This document shows, in pieces, positions 53,167 through 64,000 of a stretch of DNA of 64,000 bases. Origin of the DNA: Psilocybe cubensis. Taxonomy: Eukaryota. The notes under the pieces were generated by a model, which made no database searches, had not been told where the DNA came from, and worked only from the letters and a program-made list of their open reading frames with translations. The stretch covers positions 744,001-808,000 of the forward strand of contig CM039000.1 in assembly GCA_017499595.2 (NCBI GenBank), in the 5' to 3' direction. The position numbers were made by a program, and so were the translations under genes. Position 1 is the first letter of the stretch. Each line of letters starts with the position of its first letter.

Positions 53167-53910
53167 TTAAGCCTCTGTGTCCTCTGCTTCTTGGTCTGCG
53201 GAGTTTGATTCCTCCTCGACCTCGTCAGCAGTGGCCTTGCCACCTTTCTGTTCTTTCTTATCTTTGGAAGGCTTACTTCCAACAACGGTGGCATTTACCC
53301 TAAAAACGAATGAGACCCTCTATCTGACAAATGAAAGGCGCGATAAGCTTACGAGAGCATCACTTGTACTTTTTCCCTCCCCCCTTCCGCATCGACATCG
53401 CCGCTTTGCAACTCGACAACAATCTTCTTGCTACCTTTCCAACCGTAGCTTCCTGTGCTGAACGTTGTTGGCACGAGAGTGAGATTGCCGATGAATCCAA
53501 CATCGCCAGACGTCGAATCTGTGGCGACTTCCACTGGAGTAGGATGCTCTTCGCGGCCTTCGGCGTCAATATCACCGTCTTTGGTGATGCTCGGTGGGGT
53601 ATGCGTGAGGTTCACATGTAAAGGCAAAGCTTTTGCGGTAAACTGCTCCGTCGAAAGAGGAGCCTACGAGCGGGAAGTATTAGTTACATATTTTGCAGAA
53701 GAGCGAGTAACTCTACCTTAGCTGGGGCTTTCTTAGTTCCGTTCTTCGATGCAGCACCGTTCTTTGACGTGCGTGCCACTTTACTGGCTCGTCCAGTGGG
53801 CTCAGCCTCGCTTTCCTCTGTGCGTTTGGTTTCTGAGGAAGGAGATTTAATTAGCTCCACCTCAAGCCATACATTCAAAAAGTAGGGTCAGACAACATAC
53901 TGGGTGCCAT
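53167..53910 (-). CDS. Conserved-looking hypothetical basic/acidic protein
   Basis: Spliced model MAP...KKAPAK/APLSTEQF...PLHVNLTHTPP...STGSYGWKGSKK...VNATVVGSK, followed by an acidic tail. Confidence 0.65.
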
Positions 53911-55802
53911 TTGGTGAGATGTACTAGTGTAAAAGGCGACGTGCGCTTACTGGTGTGGGTGAATTAAGTTTAGGAGAGAAAGAGAAATGCGCCCTGTTGT
54001 CCAGGCTCTGTGTTATATATGATATGTGATGCGCCATGGTTACGGGCCACGGTCCCATTGTGGCCCATGTTGACCTATGACATCACGCGTTGGTGCCTCC
54101 TGTGACAATTTCAACGCGTAAGGTCACGTCACACTGATCCCGCTTTTACCCTTTTTTTCATTGACACTCAAACCACAACGTCGACAAGTTAAACTTGAAG
54201 CTTGAAACCGCAAAGGATGTCGTGCATATACTCCTATTCAATTGTCCAGTGGATCTCTGTTATCTTTATCTTGAAGACGCCTCCGCATCGTTGTTGTGCC
54301 TTTGGCCAGTTGCTTTGACATACTCTACGCAAGTTGTGCCAAAGGGCCTCGTCACTGACCTGGCGGGTGGCATTCCTCAATTCCAAAAAGAAAAAAAAAT
54401 GCTTTGGTCTTCCTACCAAATACTCTAGGGAGCCATGGACACAGCTTTCGGGAATGATAATTCAATAGGCAGAATTGAATGTCTAAATTGAGAAGGTTCT
54501 TCAGATGTGACCTCATGCAGCTATGTATCCTAGTACTTCTCTTGAATGCACCACTGAGGAAACACTCCTTGAACGAATCAGATACTTCAGCATGATATGG
54601 TATGTCTTTGGACTTTGATGGCCATCATGTTCATTGGAGTAGCTTTGCTCATTCTACCGTCTGTAACTTAGGGTTGGCTACATATGCCCGTCGAGACTGA
54701 ATGGCGTTATAAACATCATTTTAGCTTACAAGTTTGGTATGTCTTCAATCTTAAGCCCCTGTTTGATGGTTTACCAGATTTAGAGTGTACGCATTATTGC
54801 AGAAGATATCCAAAGATTGACAGATGCTCCCGAGCTGAGCCCCTGTCGGCCGTGTTGGAAAGAACGGGGTACTACAACGCAGATATTTCAGCTTATATAT
54901 AACATTGTTGGCTGGTAAGGCCAATGCTGTATACCAACTCAAGGTATTCTCATTACACTTTCAATATGTGTTGCCACCAACAGGTTGGTGCAGTGTGGCT
55001 GATCATTACTTCGTTCGGGCAAACAGAGCCGGGAAAAGGACGAGGGCAATTTAACATCAACCGGATACCCCGACTGATTCGATAGGTATAGCCTTCACGC
55101 GCCATGTCAACTTGCTATGAGGTGGGCTGCGTCCTGTCCGATAGCTTATCCAACCCATCAAACCATATTTTTATCCAGTGGGTAGCTGGGCTCCATGCAA
55201 CGGTATTGCCGTCAGGGTATTTTGGTCGAATACAATCTACAGTGCAATATTCTCAAGAAATAACTCGGAATGTGATTTCAGAACCGCAAACTTTTTTAAG
55301 CTACAAGCTCTCTATTCCGTAAGATTCCTTTTTACTATGAATCAAAATTCTCTTGACATACTCGAGACCAGTTATGCGATAAAAATAGATGATCTAAAAA
55401 TAACCTTGTGCCATAGGATGCGTTTCTACGTCAATGGAATGATCACCTGGATGTGTTAGAAGGGGTATAGTTTCTGTCACATAGTGGGCTATGAGCGATC
55501 CGGGATATCGCATCACGACCGCCCAGATATAAAAACCTTGGTGGGGCACCTGAGATTCCCCAAGTGCCTGGTGCATCTTCCCCATTTCACGCATAAACAG
55601 TATGTGCCCTACCGCAAGTTATTCGATTTCTACTTACTGACTTTTATTCAGAACACTACTAGGGCCGGCTCCCTAACCTAATATCTTCACGACATCAACT
55701 TTTCAATCAGTGAGCTACCGAAATCTCAGCTTCCTCCTCGTTCGCAATGCTCATAACTGACGTCGTTTTTAGAACTCTTTTATTAAATTTCCATTCTTTA
55801 AA

Positions 55803-57360
55803 ATGCCTTCAAAATCTACTCTCGCTCTTGTTGCCTGCCTTGCTTACGGTGGTGTCGTGATGTCTCTCCCCATGGTATGTTCTCGAATCTGTTGGCAGTG
55901 TGTACGGTAAATGCTCATATAAATCTTAGAAAAACTCATATGATCTTGCTGAGCGCGACTACACCGACCTCGAGACCCGCATGTACGACATGGATCTCGA
56001 AGACTTCGATGCACGTGCAGATTCCCCGACTGCGGCAACTGATGCTACTACTGACGCCACTACTGGGTCTTCGTCCACGACCACTGCGGCTGCAGCTGCC
56101 ACTACCACTGCATCTGAAGTTTCTAAGTCGACGAAACATGGGAAGCACCACCACAAGCACCACCATGGTCACCACCACCACAAGCACCACCATGGCCACC
56201 ACCACCACCACGGTCACCACGGACACCACCGTCTACACCACAAGGGAAAATCCCAGAAGGGCACTTCCAGTGATCTCGCTGGATCGGCAAAGGAGTCGGC
56301 GGCTGCGACTCCTGCTGACGCTTCCGCTGCGCAGGCAACAGTACGTCCATTAGTATGAAGATCAAAAAATGACACCGTTAATAATTATTTTATTTAACTT
56401 CTTAGCTCGCAGCACGAAGCCCTGTGAGTTATACTATCCTTCTAGCTAAAGAAATTGATTTTCTGATATATTAACCTCAGATTCGGGGAGCGTACGGTGG
56501 AGTCCGCCCAAGAGTTGGTTTGCGAGGAGGTGCTAGATTCCGCCATGGCGGCAAGTTTGGCAAATTCGGTAAACAAGGAAGACACGGCAGACGCCCTCAC
56601 AGGCACGCAGGACACGCTGGCGGTCGCCACGGTCAAGGTCAAAAGGTAATTCATTCATTTATTGCCTGGTTTACAAATTCATTGTGTTAATTGGATTGCA
56701 ATCAGGCCAAACAAGCTGACACCAGTACTCAGACCCCTGCTGGAGCAGATACGGGTGCTCCTACTACTCCTGATGCATCTTCCTCTGATGCTGCTTCTGC
56801 TGTAAGTGCCGTTGTTTCTTTCTTGGATAATAATAAGTGCTCATCTGACTATTTCATGAAGCCTCCGGTTTCCGCACGCGGTCTTCTCAGCTTCCTCAAG
56901 AAGAAGGTTAGTATTACAATAATTAGCGAGATTATACCCAATCTTACATCGAACCAAATCTCAGAAGGCTGACCCGACTACTTCCACTTCTGCATCTGAG
57001 CCTACCAAGACTGGCACAGATGTAGCAGACGCTGCCAAGACGCCGGCTGCAGGTAGTGAAGAGGCTGCCCCCAAGAAGCCCGTAAGTTTTGTCTTTTTTT
57101 TTTTTTTCATTTGTATAAAGGCTAAAATGTGATATTTTTAAAGCACCACCACCACCACCACAAACACGGCAAACACGGCAAGCATGGAAAGCACGGCAAG
57201 CACCACAGGAAGCACCGCCACGCAAAGGAGTCCGCTACCACTACGTCTGCTCCCGCGGCAACAAAGACTGATGCTTCTGCCGCTGCCCCGACCACTGCTG
57301 TAAGTCCTATTGATATTTGAAACTGGGCCCGGAACTCATGGTTAAACTTGCGGGTAGTAA
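55803..57360 (+). CDS. Secreted His-rich/cationic modular precursor protein
   Basis: Signal peptide MPSKSTLALVACLAYGGVVMS-LP, acidic pro-repeats ending in R (DLAER, DLETR, DFDAR), two poly-His/KHG tracts and a Gly/Arg-rich exon. Phase-0 GT-AG introns keep the frame. TATAAAA at ~55527. Confidence 0.75.
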
Positions 57361-58165
57361 TGGAGGATTGTATTAAGGATTTTTCGGATAATTAACTGAG
57401 AGTTCAAGTTCATGTTGTAAAAATCAAATAATACACATGCGTTGAATTTTTAAAAAATGCCTGCGGAAGTTATGAATTCGTGTCTTTTCTTCTTGAATGG
57501 AGCAATTAGCGCTTAGTCGCGACGCGACGCATTTCACGTGACGTGAAAATGGAAGTCTTGCGTGAGAACTACAACTGTATCCGTGATTATCGTTTTACAT
57601 TGTTCCCGACTGTCGACTCTACTCCTTCGCATTTTCTTAAGAATCAACTTTTACTCTTGTGGAGATTCTTATGCGATTTTCTCTCCTACTGCTCCCTGAT
57701 CTCTAAACTTCAATATAAATGATGATAAATCTGGCCGATTGTCCTACGGGGACCAATTTCAGTTCTATTCACTGGATCTAATGAGGTCTAATGCTGCATG
57801 GTTTCGGGCATATATAAAAAATTGCACCCAGAGTGACATAACTGAGATCTTAATAAAACTCAGTGCATACTATCTCAATCAGGTCAGCCTAATTTTCTTG
57901 ACTCTCACAGTCAGTCCAATTCTCCAAATTAACGCTGTTGGTTCTCACTTCAGAGATATCTGTGATTTTGTAATTAAGCTGACAAGGAAGGCATATCAAC
58001 AATGCCCTGGGATATCAAGGCATTGCTCCAGAGACAGAATACAATTCACTCACAGGTCCTTTTGAGGAAATTCTCACACAAAGGGGCTTTAACCAACGGA
58101 CTCCATGAAATGTATATCTCACCCGGGTGTCAACCTGCCCTCAAGCTTAACTCCATCTTCCAACC

Positions 58166-60496
58166 ATGCTGGGTACAGATTTCTTTAATTTTGGACAACT
58201 TTTCTGGTCCTTCGGTGTCGCCTTTGTCGTTTTTGTGGTGTATAAGGTTGCCAATCTCATATATGACGAATTTACGTCCTCCCTGCGCGACCTCCCTGGC
58301 CCTCCAAGCAGAAACTTCATGTTCGGAAATATGCAGGAATTAGGGTTAACGGTACGTCTTTACCTAGCTTGTTGGGACAGACACCAACTTCCTTCGATGT
58401 AGAATGCTTCAAATCCATCGGTACTGCAGAAATGGGAGCAGCAATATGGGAGCACGATCAAGTATAAGGGATTTTTCGGGGTAAAACAACAAATCATCGT
58501 TTTTGGGGCATACCATTATTCAAACTAACCCAATCTTTCTGGTTTAGACAACGTATTTCTATTCTACGGATCTCAAGGCTATGAATCATATTCTCATGAA
58601 CAACTATGAATTCCTAAAGCCCAATCCCAACATCTACATTTTCAAGCGCATCCTTGGAGATGGTTTGATTTCTTATCAGTCCTTATACGTTGGGCACAGC
58701 TGCTGATACTTTTCTAGGACTAGTCTTCGCGGACGGCGACGTGCATAAGAAACAGGTCAGCACTTTTTGTCATAGTCAGTATACACGGGCCGCGGCTTCA
58801 TGACAAATGATATGTTTATAGAGACGACTTCTCGTGAGATTCTTCACCTTTACCTTGACTACGCCACATTGAATTATTGCCGTCTCAAGAACCCAGGATT
58901 TGCACCTCAGCAAATTAGAGAAGTAACAGATCTATTTGTCGAGAAGACGGCTGTGGTGAGCATCTTCTATCTGTATATGCAACACGCGTGCTAATTGAGT
59001 GTTTAGTTGCGAGACATATGGGCAGAGAAATTGAGCCAAAAGAGCTCGGAAGAGCCTGAAGTGATCGATGTTTTATCGTGGTTTAGTCGTCTCGCCCTTG
59101 ATATAATTGGTATTGCGGGTAATAGTCGACAATTTTCATTTATCTCATGCACAATCTAATAATTTAATACAGGATTTGATTACAACTTTGACGCTCTAGT
59201 AGATGATCCCAGCAAAAATGAATTGGGCAACGCATTTGCTATCACCTCCAACGTAGAAGACAGAATCAATTTCATCGGCTTTCTCAAATTTATCTTTCCA
59301 TCTTTGTCTTTTCTGGTGAGACGGTCCGATAGACTATGTAAACTTATGATTCATGTATTGGCGGTACAATCTAGCCAGGAGATGCGGACCCCGAGGGAAA
59401 GAGGGCTGCTGATACTTTGTACCGTATTGCAGCTGAGCTGTTGGAAAAAAGCAAGGCTGCCATACGCAAGGCCGACGGCAAATCGACTCTGTCCCGAGAT
59501 ATCCTTACTCTGCTCGTGCGCGCGAATGAATTGGACGATGTTCCCGAGTCCCAGAGACTTACTGACAAGGAAGTAATAGCTCGTAAGTATCTCTGACAGT
59601 TATTGTCTGGCACCCCTTTTCTTGACGTTACCAACAGAAATTCCAACTTTCCTAATCGCTGGTCACGAGACGACTGCAGTTGCACTCGCTTGGATGTTTT
59701 ACGCTCTTACTCAAAACAAGAATGCTCAACGAAAACTTCGCGAGGAGGTGTCCAACGTGGCTACTGACAATCCTTCGATGGATGAGCTGAACGATTTGCC
59801 GTATCTGGATTACGTAGTACGAGAGTCGCTGCGACTTCACGGCCCTGTGCCAGCCACGTCGCGTGTTGTTGGGCAGGACACGTTTGTACCTCTCAGCAAA
59901 CCAGTCGTAGATAAGAAAGGTGTTGTACACAACGAGATCAGGTAGGTCTTAGTGGTGTCGAATACCGTAGGCGTTATCACTAAATCGTCGTTATTCATAA
60001 GGCTGCAGAAAGGGCAACGCGTAATGGTACCAGTGATAGTCGTCAATCAAGCAAAATCGATCTGGGGAGAAGACGCTTTGGAATTCAGGTGATACTTTTG
60101 TATTCATTTACTAAGGTCTGGTCCTGACAAGACTATATGCGAAGACCCGAACGCTGGGAAAATATTCCAGAAGCCGCATCCAGTATTCCTGGAATATGGG
60201 GTAACAGCATGACTTTCATCGGAGGACCAAGAGCTTGTATAGGATGGAAGTTTGCTGTCGTGGAGTGCGTGTTAGATTGCTATCCTTCCTTGCTTACAAT
60301 TCACTGATTTTTGTCTGTCAACAGAATGAAAGTAGTTCTTTTTACCATGATGAGAGCATTCGAGTTTGACCTGGCCGTTCCCGGTGAAGACATCGGGACC
60401 CAAAAGTTCACGCTTCGAAGGCCTGTTCTCAAGAATGAGACTGATCGAAAGAAGAGGGAACAAATGCCTTTGATTGTGCGGCCTGTAGGATATTAA
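58166..60496 (+). CDS. Cytochrome P450 (CYP5139-like)
   Basis: N-terminal TM then LPGP, AGHETT, ESLR, PERW and [10 protein letters not shown]. Confidence 0.92.
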
Positions 60497-60911
60497 CAAA
60501 GAACGGATGCTTTGCTTTGACATTCGGAATATGTAATTCACCGTCACGGCGGCCATGGATTTCTGCTCGTTTGTACTGTTCACTAACACTCCTCAGTGAA
60601 ATGTGGAGAAATTCTTCATATTTCCGTTCGAGCTAGATTCAATTTACATCGACCTTCAAAAAAAGATATCATAGCGCAAAGGTATCAATTACTGTTGAAT
60701 TTGAGAAATAATTTGAAGCAATGGCACACATGTCCGAGATCACCGGGCCAATATCAAAAAGGTTGTCACTGGTCCATGACCTCGTTGTACCATGATCTCA
60801 GGATTAGAACGGCTTCCGAATGTCAGGAAATCACTGTCTTAATGGCAATATCGTACTGAGACCTCTTAGCGGGGGTTGTCTTACTCGAAAGCTTGCCTCG
60901 CTTTCTAAATC

Positions 60912-63283
60912 ATGTCAAGCACAACGAAGCTCCTGCCTTTTGATGTTCCAAGCTCTCTAGGACAGTTCATTTGGTCTGCAATAGCTCCTTTGGCTCTCTA
61001 TACGGTCTATAAACTTGTCAATTTGATACATGAAGAGGCCACATCACCGCTGCGTGGTCTGCCGGGCCCTGAAAGCCCTAGCTTTATCTGGGGAAACATA
61101 AAGGATATCTGGAACTCAGTGAGTGCTGCAGAGGTGTACCGCGTAGTTCACTCATGTTATACATTTTGGTATAGACCGACTCTGCAATCTATGACAAGTG
61201 GGTTGAGGAACATGGGAGTACTATCAAGTACATGGGTCCAGCCGGAGTATATCTCTTTCATTGTCACTCCAAGAGTCGTAGTTGATTTGTATTCGCAGCT
61301 TAAGAGGTTGTACACTACCGATCTCAAGGCTATCAACCACATTCTGGTCAATTCTTACGATTATCCAAAGCCTGAATCTGCAGTATACAACATCAAGCGT
61401 ATTCTGGGGGAGGGTATGACCACTTGCTTTGGTTACTTGATGGTAACTTCATTACAGTTTTAAAGGAGTTCTACTGGTCGAAGGCGACATCCACAAGCAA
61501 CAGGTATGATGCGCACCTTCGAAGATTTCATATTTTTCAAGTTGACGCGTCGATAATGCGAAAGCGAAAGATATTGGTGCGAATCCTTTTACTTCTTCGC
61601 ATGGCGAAAAAATTGATGAAAAGGTAGAATCCTGCCTTTGGACCTCAACAAATTCGCGAGCTGACCGAAATTTTTATTGAAAAGGCCATTCAAGTAAGAA
61701 CATCATCGTTAAATATATTTTGAATACACTGTGACTGTGCTTAAGCTCAGAGACATTTGGTCTTCAGAGATTAAAAGGCAGAATGATGATGGACCAGCGA
61801 AGGTTGACGCTCTTTCTTGGCTGAGTCGCTTGACGCTGGATGTCATTGGTCTAGCAGGTTAATACCTCTTTCACAATGGTGGTATATCAAACAGGAGCTG
61901 AATAGGTTTTCAGGGTTCAACTATAATTTTCATGCTTTAACTGATGACCCAGAGTTGAACGAGCTCAGCAAAGCGTTCGCAATTATGTTCAAAACCGGTA
62001 CCAAGATCGACGTTATTGGAATAATGAGAGGTATATTTCCATGGTTGAGATTTCTTGTAAGTCATGCTTTGTGTATTGTATATTTTGTCAATACTTATAT
62101 GTTCGGTCAGCCAGCAGACAGGGATGCGGAAGCGAAACAGGCCTCTCAGACCATGTTTAGAGTGGGCACAGAATTATTGGAAAAAACGAAAGCATGTATC
62201 AAGAAAGAAGAGTCCAATAAGAGAGCGTGGGCAGCTCGAGATCTTTTGTCAATTCTTGTGCGTGCAAACGCCATGCCTGATATACCTGAAAGCCAGAGGT
62301 TGTTGGACAAAGATGTTTTGGCTCGTGAGTTATATAGCTACTTGTGGCATTTAACTTTCTTTCTGACTTTATTGTAAAGAAATACCAACCTTTTTGATCG
62401 CTGGTCACGAAACAACGAGGTACAACAACATCAACCATCTTGCAAAGATTTACTGACAGGAATTTCAGTATCGCCACAACATGGGCGCTGTACTCTCTTA
62501 CCCAAAACAAAGATTCTCAAACGAAGCTTCGAGAAGAGCTCTTGACAGTTTCCACGGACAACCCAACGATGGATGAGCTGAATGCATTGTCATATCTTGA
62601 TGCCGTGGTACGCGAGACCCTGCGTGTCCACGCCCCTGTCCCAGCTACCATGCGCGTCGCCTCGAAAGACGACGTTCTTCCTCTCAACGTACCATATACC
62701 GACAAAACTGGAAAGAAACATTATGAAGTCCAGTATGTTGACCGCTCCTATTCAAACCGGATTCAATCCATTGACACAGAATAAATATATTAGTGTTCGC
62801 AAAGGTCAGACAGTTATCATCCCGATAACACCCATAAATCGCTCCAAGTCACTGTGGGGAGAAGATGCTTCTCTATTCAAGTATGCCATTCTCCTGGCGT
62901 CGCTGTCTTGCTGCTGATATATGCGCGCGTTGAAGACCAGAAAGATGGTACAATATCCCCGAAGACGTTGCTGCCATTCCCGGAGTTTGGGGAAACACAT
63001 TGAGCTTCCTGGGAGGGCCCAGGGCATGCATCGGATACCGATTTGCTCTCGTCGAGTAAGTAATAATCCAAGAGAATTTCGGTCTGTTGACCCATACATT
63101 TGCTAACATTTTACCAGAATGAAAGCGCTCCTTTTCACGCTAGTTCGAGCTTTTGAGTTTGAGCTAGCAGTGCCGGCCTCCGAGATCCAGAAGAAGTCAG
63201 TAATTGTAACGCGGCCTGTCCTCGCTTCGGACCCAAACAAGTCGAACCAGATGCCACTACTTGTGCGGCACGTAATACTTTGA
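60912..63283 (+). CDS. Cytochrome P450, tandem paralog (CYP5139-like)
   Basis: LPGP, AGHETT, ETLR, PERW and [10 protein letters not shown]. Intron positions largely shared with the upstream P450. Confidence 0.92.
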
Positions 63284-63673
63284 TGCGCCCACGTCCTTGA
63301 AACTAATCGCAAATGCTATATATCGAATGTATCAGATATCCCTCTATGTATAGATGACTAACCCTATGTACCAAATAGTGTGTATAAAACAAAATGCTAA
63401 ACCTTCAGGAGGCGTAGATAATGCGTGAAATCTCTCAAAGGTTTTACCGGTCCAAGCTGTGGTCCATGGCGTATGTAACACGCTGGCGTTCCCTACGCAC
63501 CAGCCCGAAATGCATATGAGTACAAGTAACATATCAAATCAACAAACCTAGACTGAAGGTATCATTCAAAAACAACGGTATCTTCAGCAAGTCGACGACG
63601 CCCCGCCCCTAGTAATCTCCGCAAAGCACATTCATGTCCATTGCACTACTGAAAACCCCGAATCCGAAGCCAG

Positions 63674-64000
63674 TTAAGCTCGCTTCGGCGGCGAGCCGAT
63701 AACAGTCTCCCACTCAGTACCTTCCGGGACCGTCCAATCGCCATGACAGTCGTATAGCCAGTCGACCTCCTTGATGATCTCCTTCTGTGCTGCGACGAAG
63801 GTGTCCACTGGGCACATGCCGTCCTTCTGCTCGGGACATCCGCGGATGCCTGTGAGTGGCACGACGCCGTCGTTGATGATCACCCTGATCTGTTGGCCTG
63901 GGGTCGACGTACATTCCAGAACTATATGTGAAAAAAAGGTTTATGAAACTGAGTTATGGTAGGTATGGAGTTCAAAGAAACAGGGGTGCGTACGTTGGAA
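63674..64000 (-). CDS. Histidine acid phosphatase/phytase-like protein, 3' end (starts beyond the window)
   Basis: LEC...QIRVIINDGVVPL..I.GC...DGMCPVDTFV resembles the C-terminus of fungal phytases. The catalytic RHG motif is outside the window. Confidence 0.7.

Noticed and set aside
54400-55460. Possible degenerate multi-exon gene
   Set aside because: Scattered splice-like sites, but no coherent frame or recognisable motif.

Overview
Intron-rich fungal DNA with short GT-AG introns and gene families typical of Agaricomycete basidiomycetes. The left ~27 kb is an accessory, repeat-rich region. It holds a duplicated module of an F-box-like gene followed by a small 8-Cys hydrophobin-like gene: three intact-looking hydrophobin-like genes and one orphan promoter. 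Two of these genes lie inside ~1.69-kb near-identical inverted repeats (8528-10220 / 24393-26085). The repeats bracket a GH5 glucosylceramidase/steryl-glucosidase-like gene ending in a CaaX motif and a decayed Zisupton/KDZ-like transposase with a DEDDy 3'-5' exonuclease embedded in it. A four-element transposon nest (putative Helitron containing a CAC-terminal MITE and a second TIR element that itself carries a solo LTR) abuts one arm. The right ~37 kb is gene-dense: MAK10 and mitochondrial TrpRS head to head, a TPR-CCCH protein with three repeated domains, a DUF6534-like membrane protein, THI20-like, NTH1-like, PL14, a CDF-like transporter, a GAS1/Egh16-like secreted protein, a secreted His-rich/cationic multi-peptide precursor, two tandem P450s and the 3' end of a histidine acid phosphatase. 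Gene models were spliced by eye and family calls come from motif recognition, not database searches.
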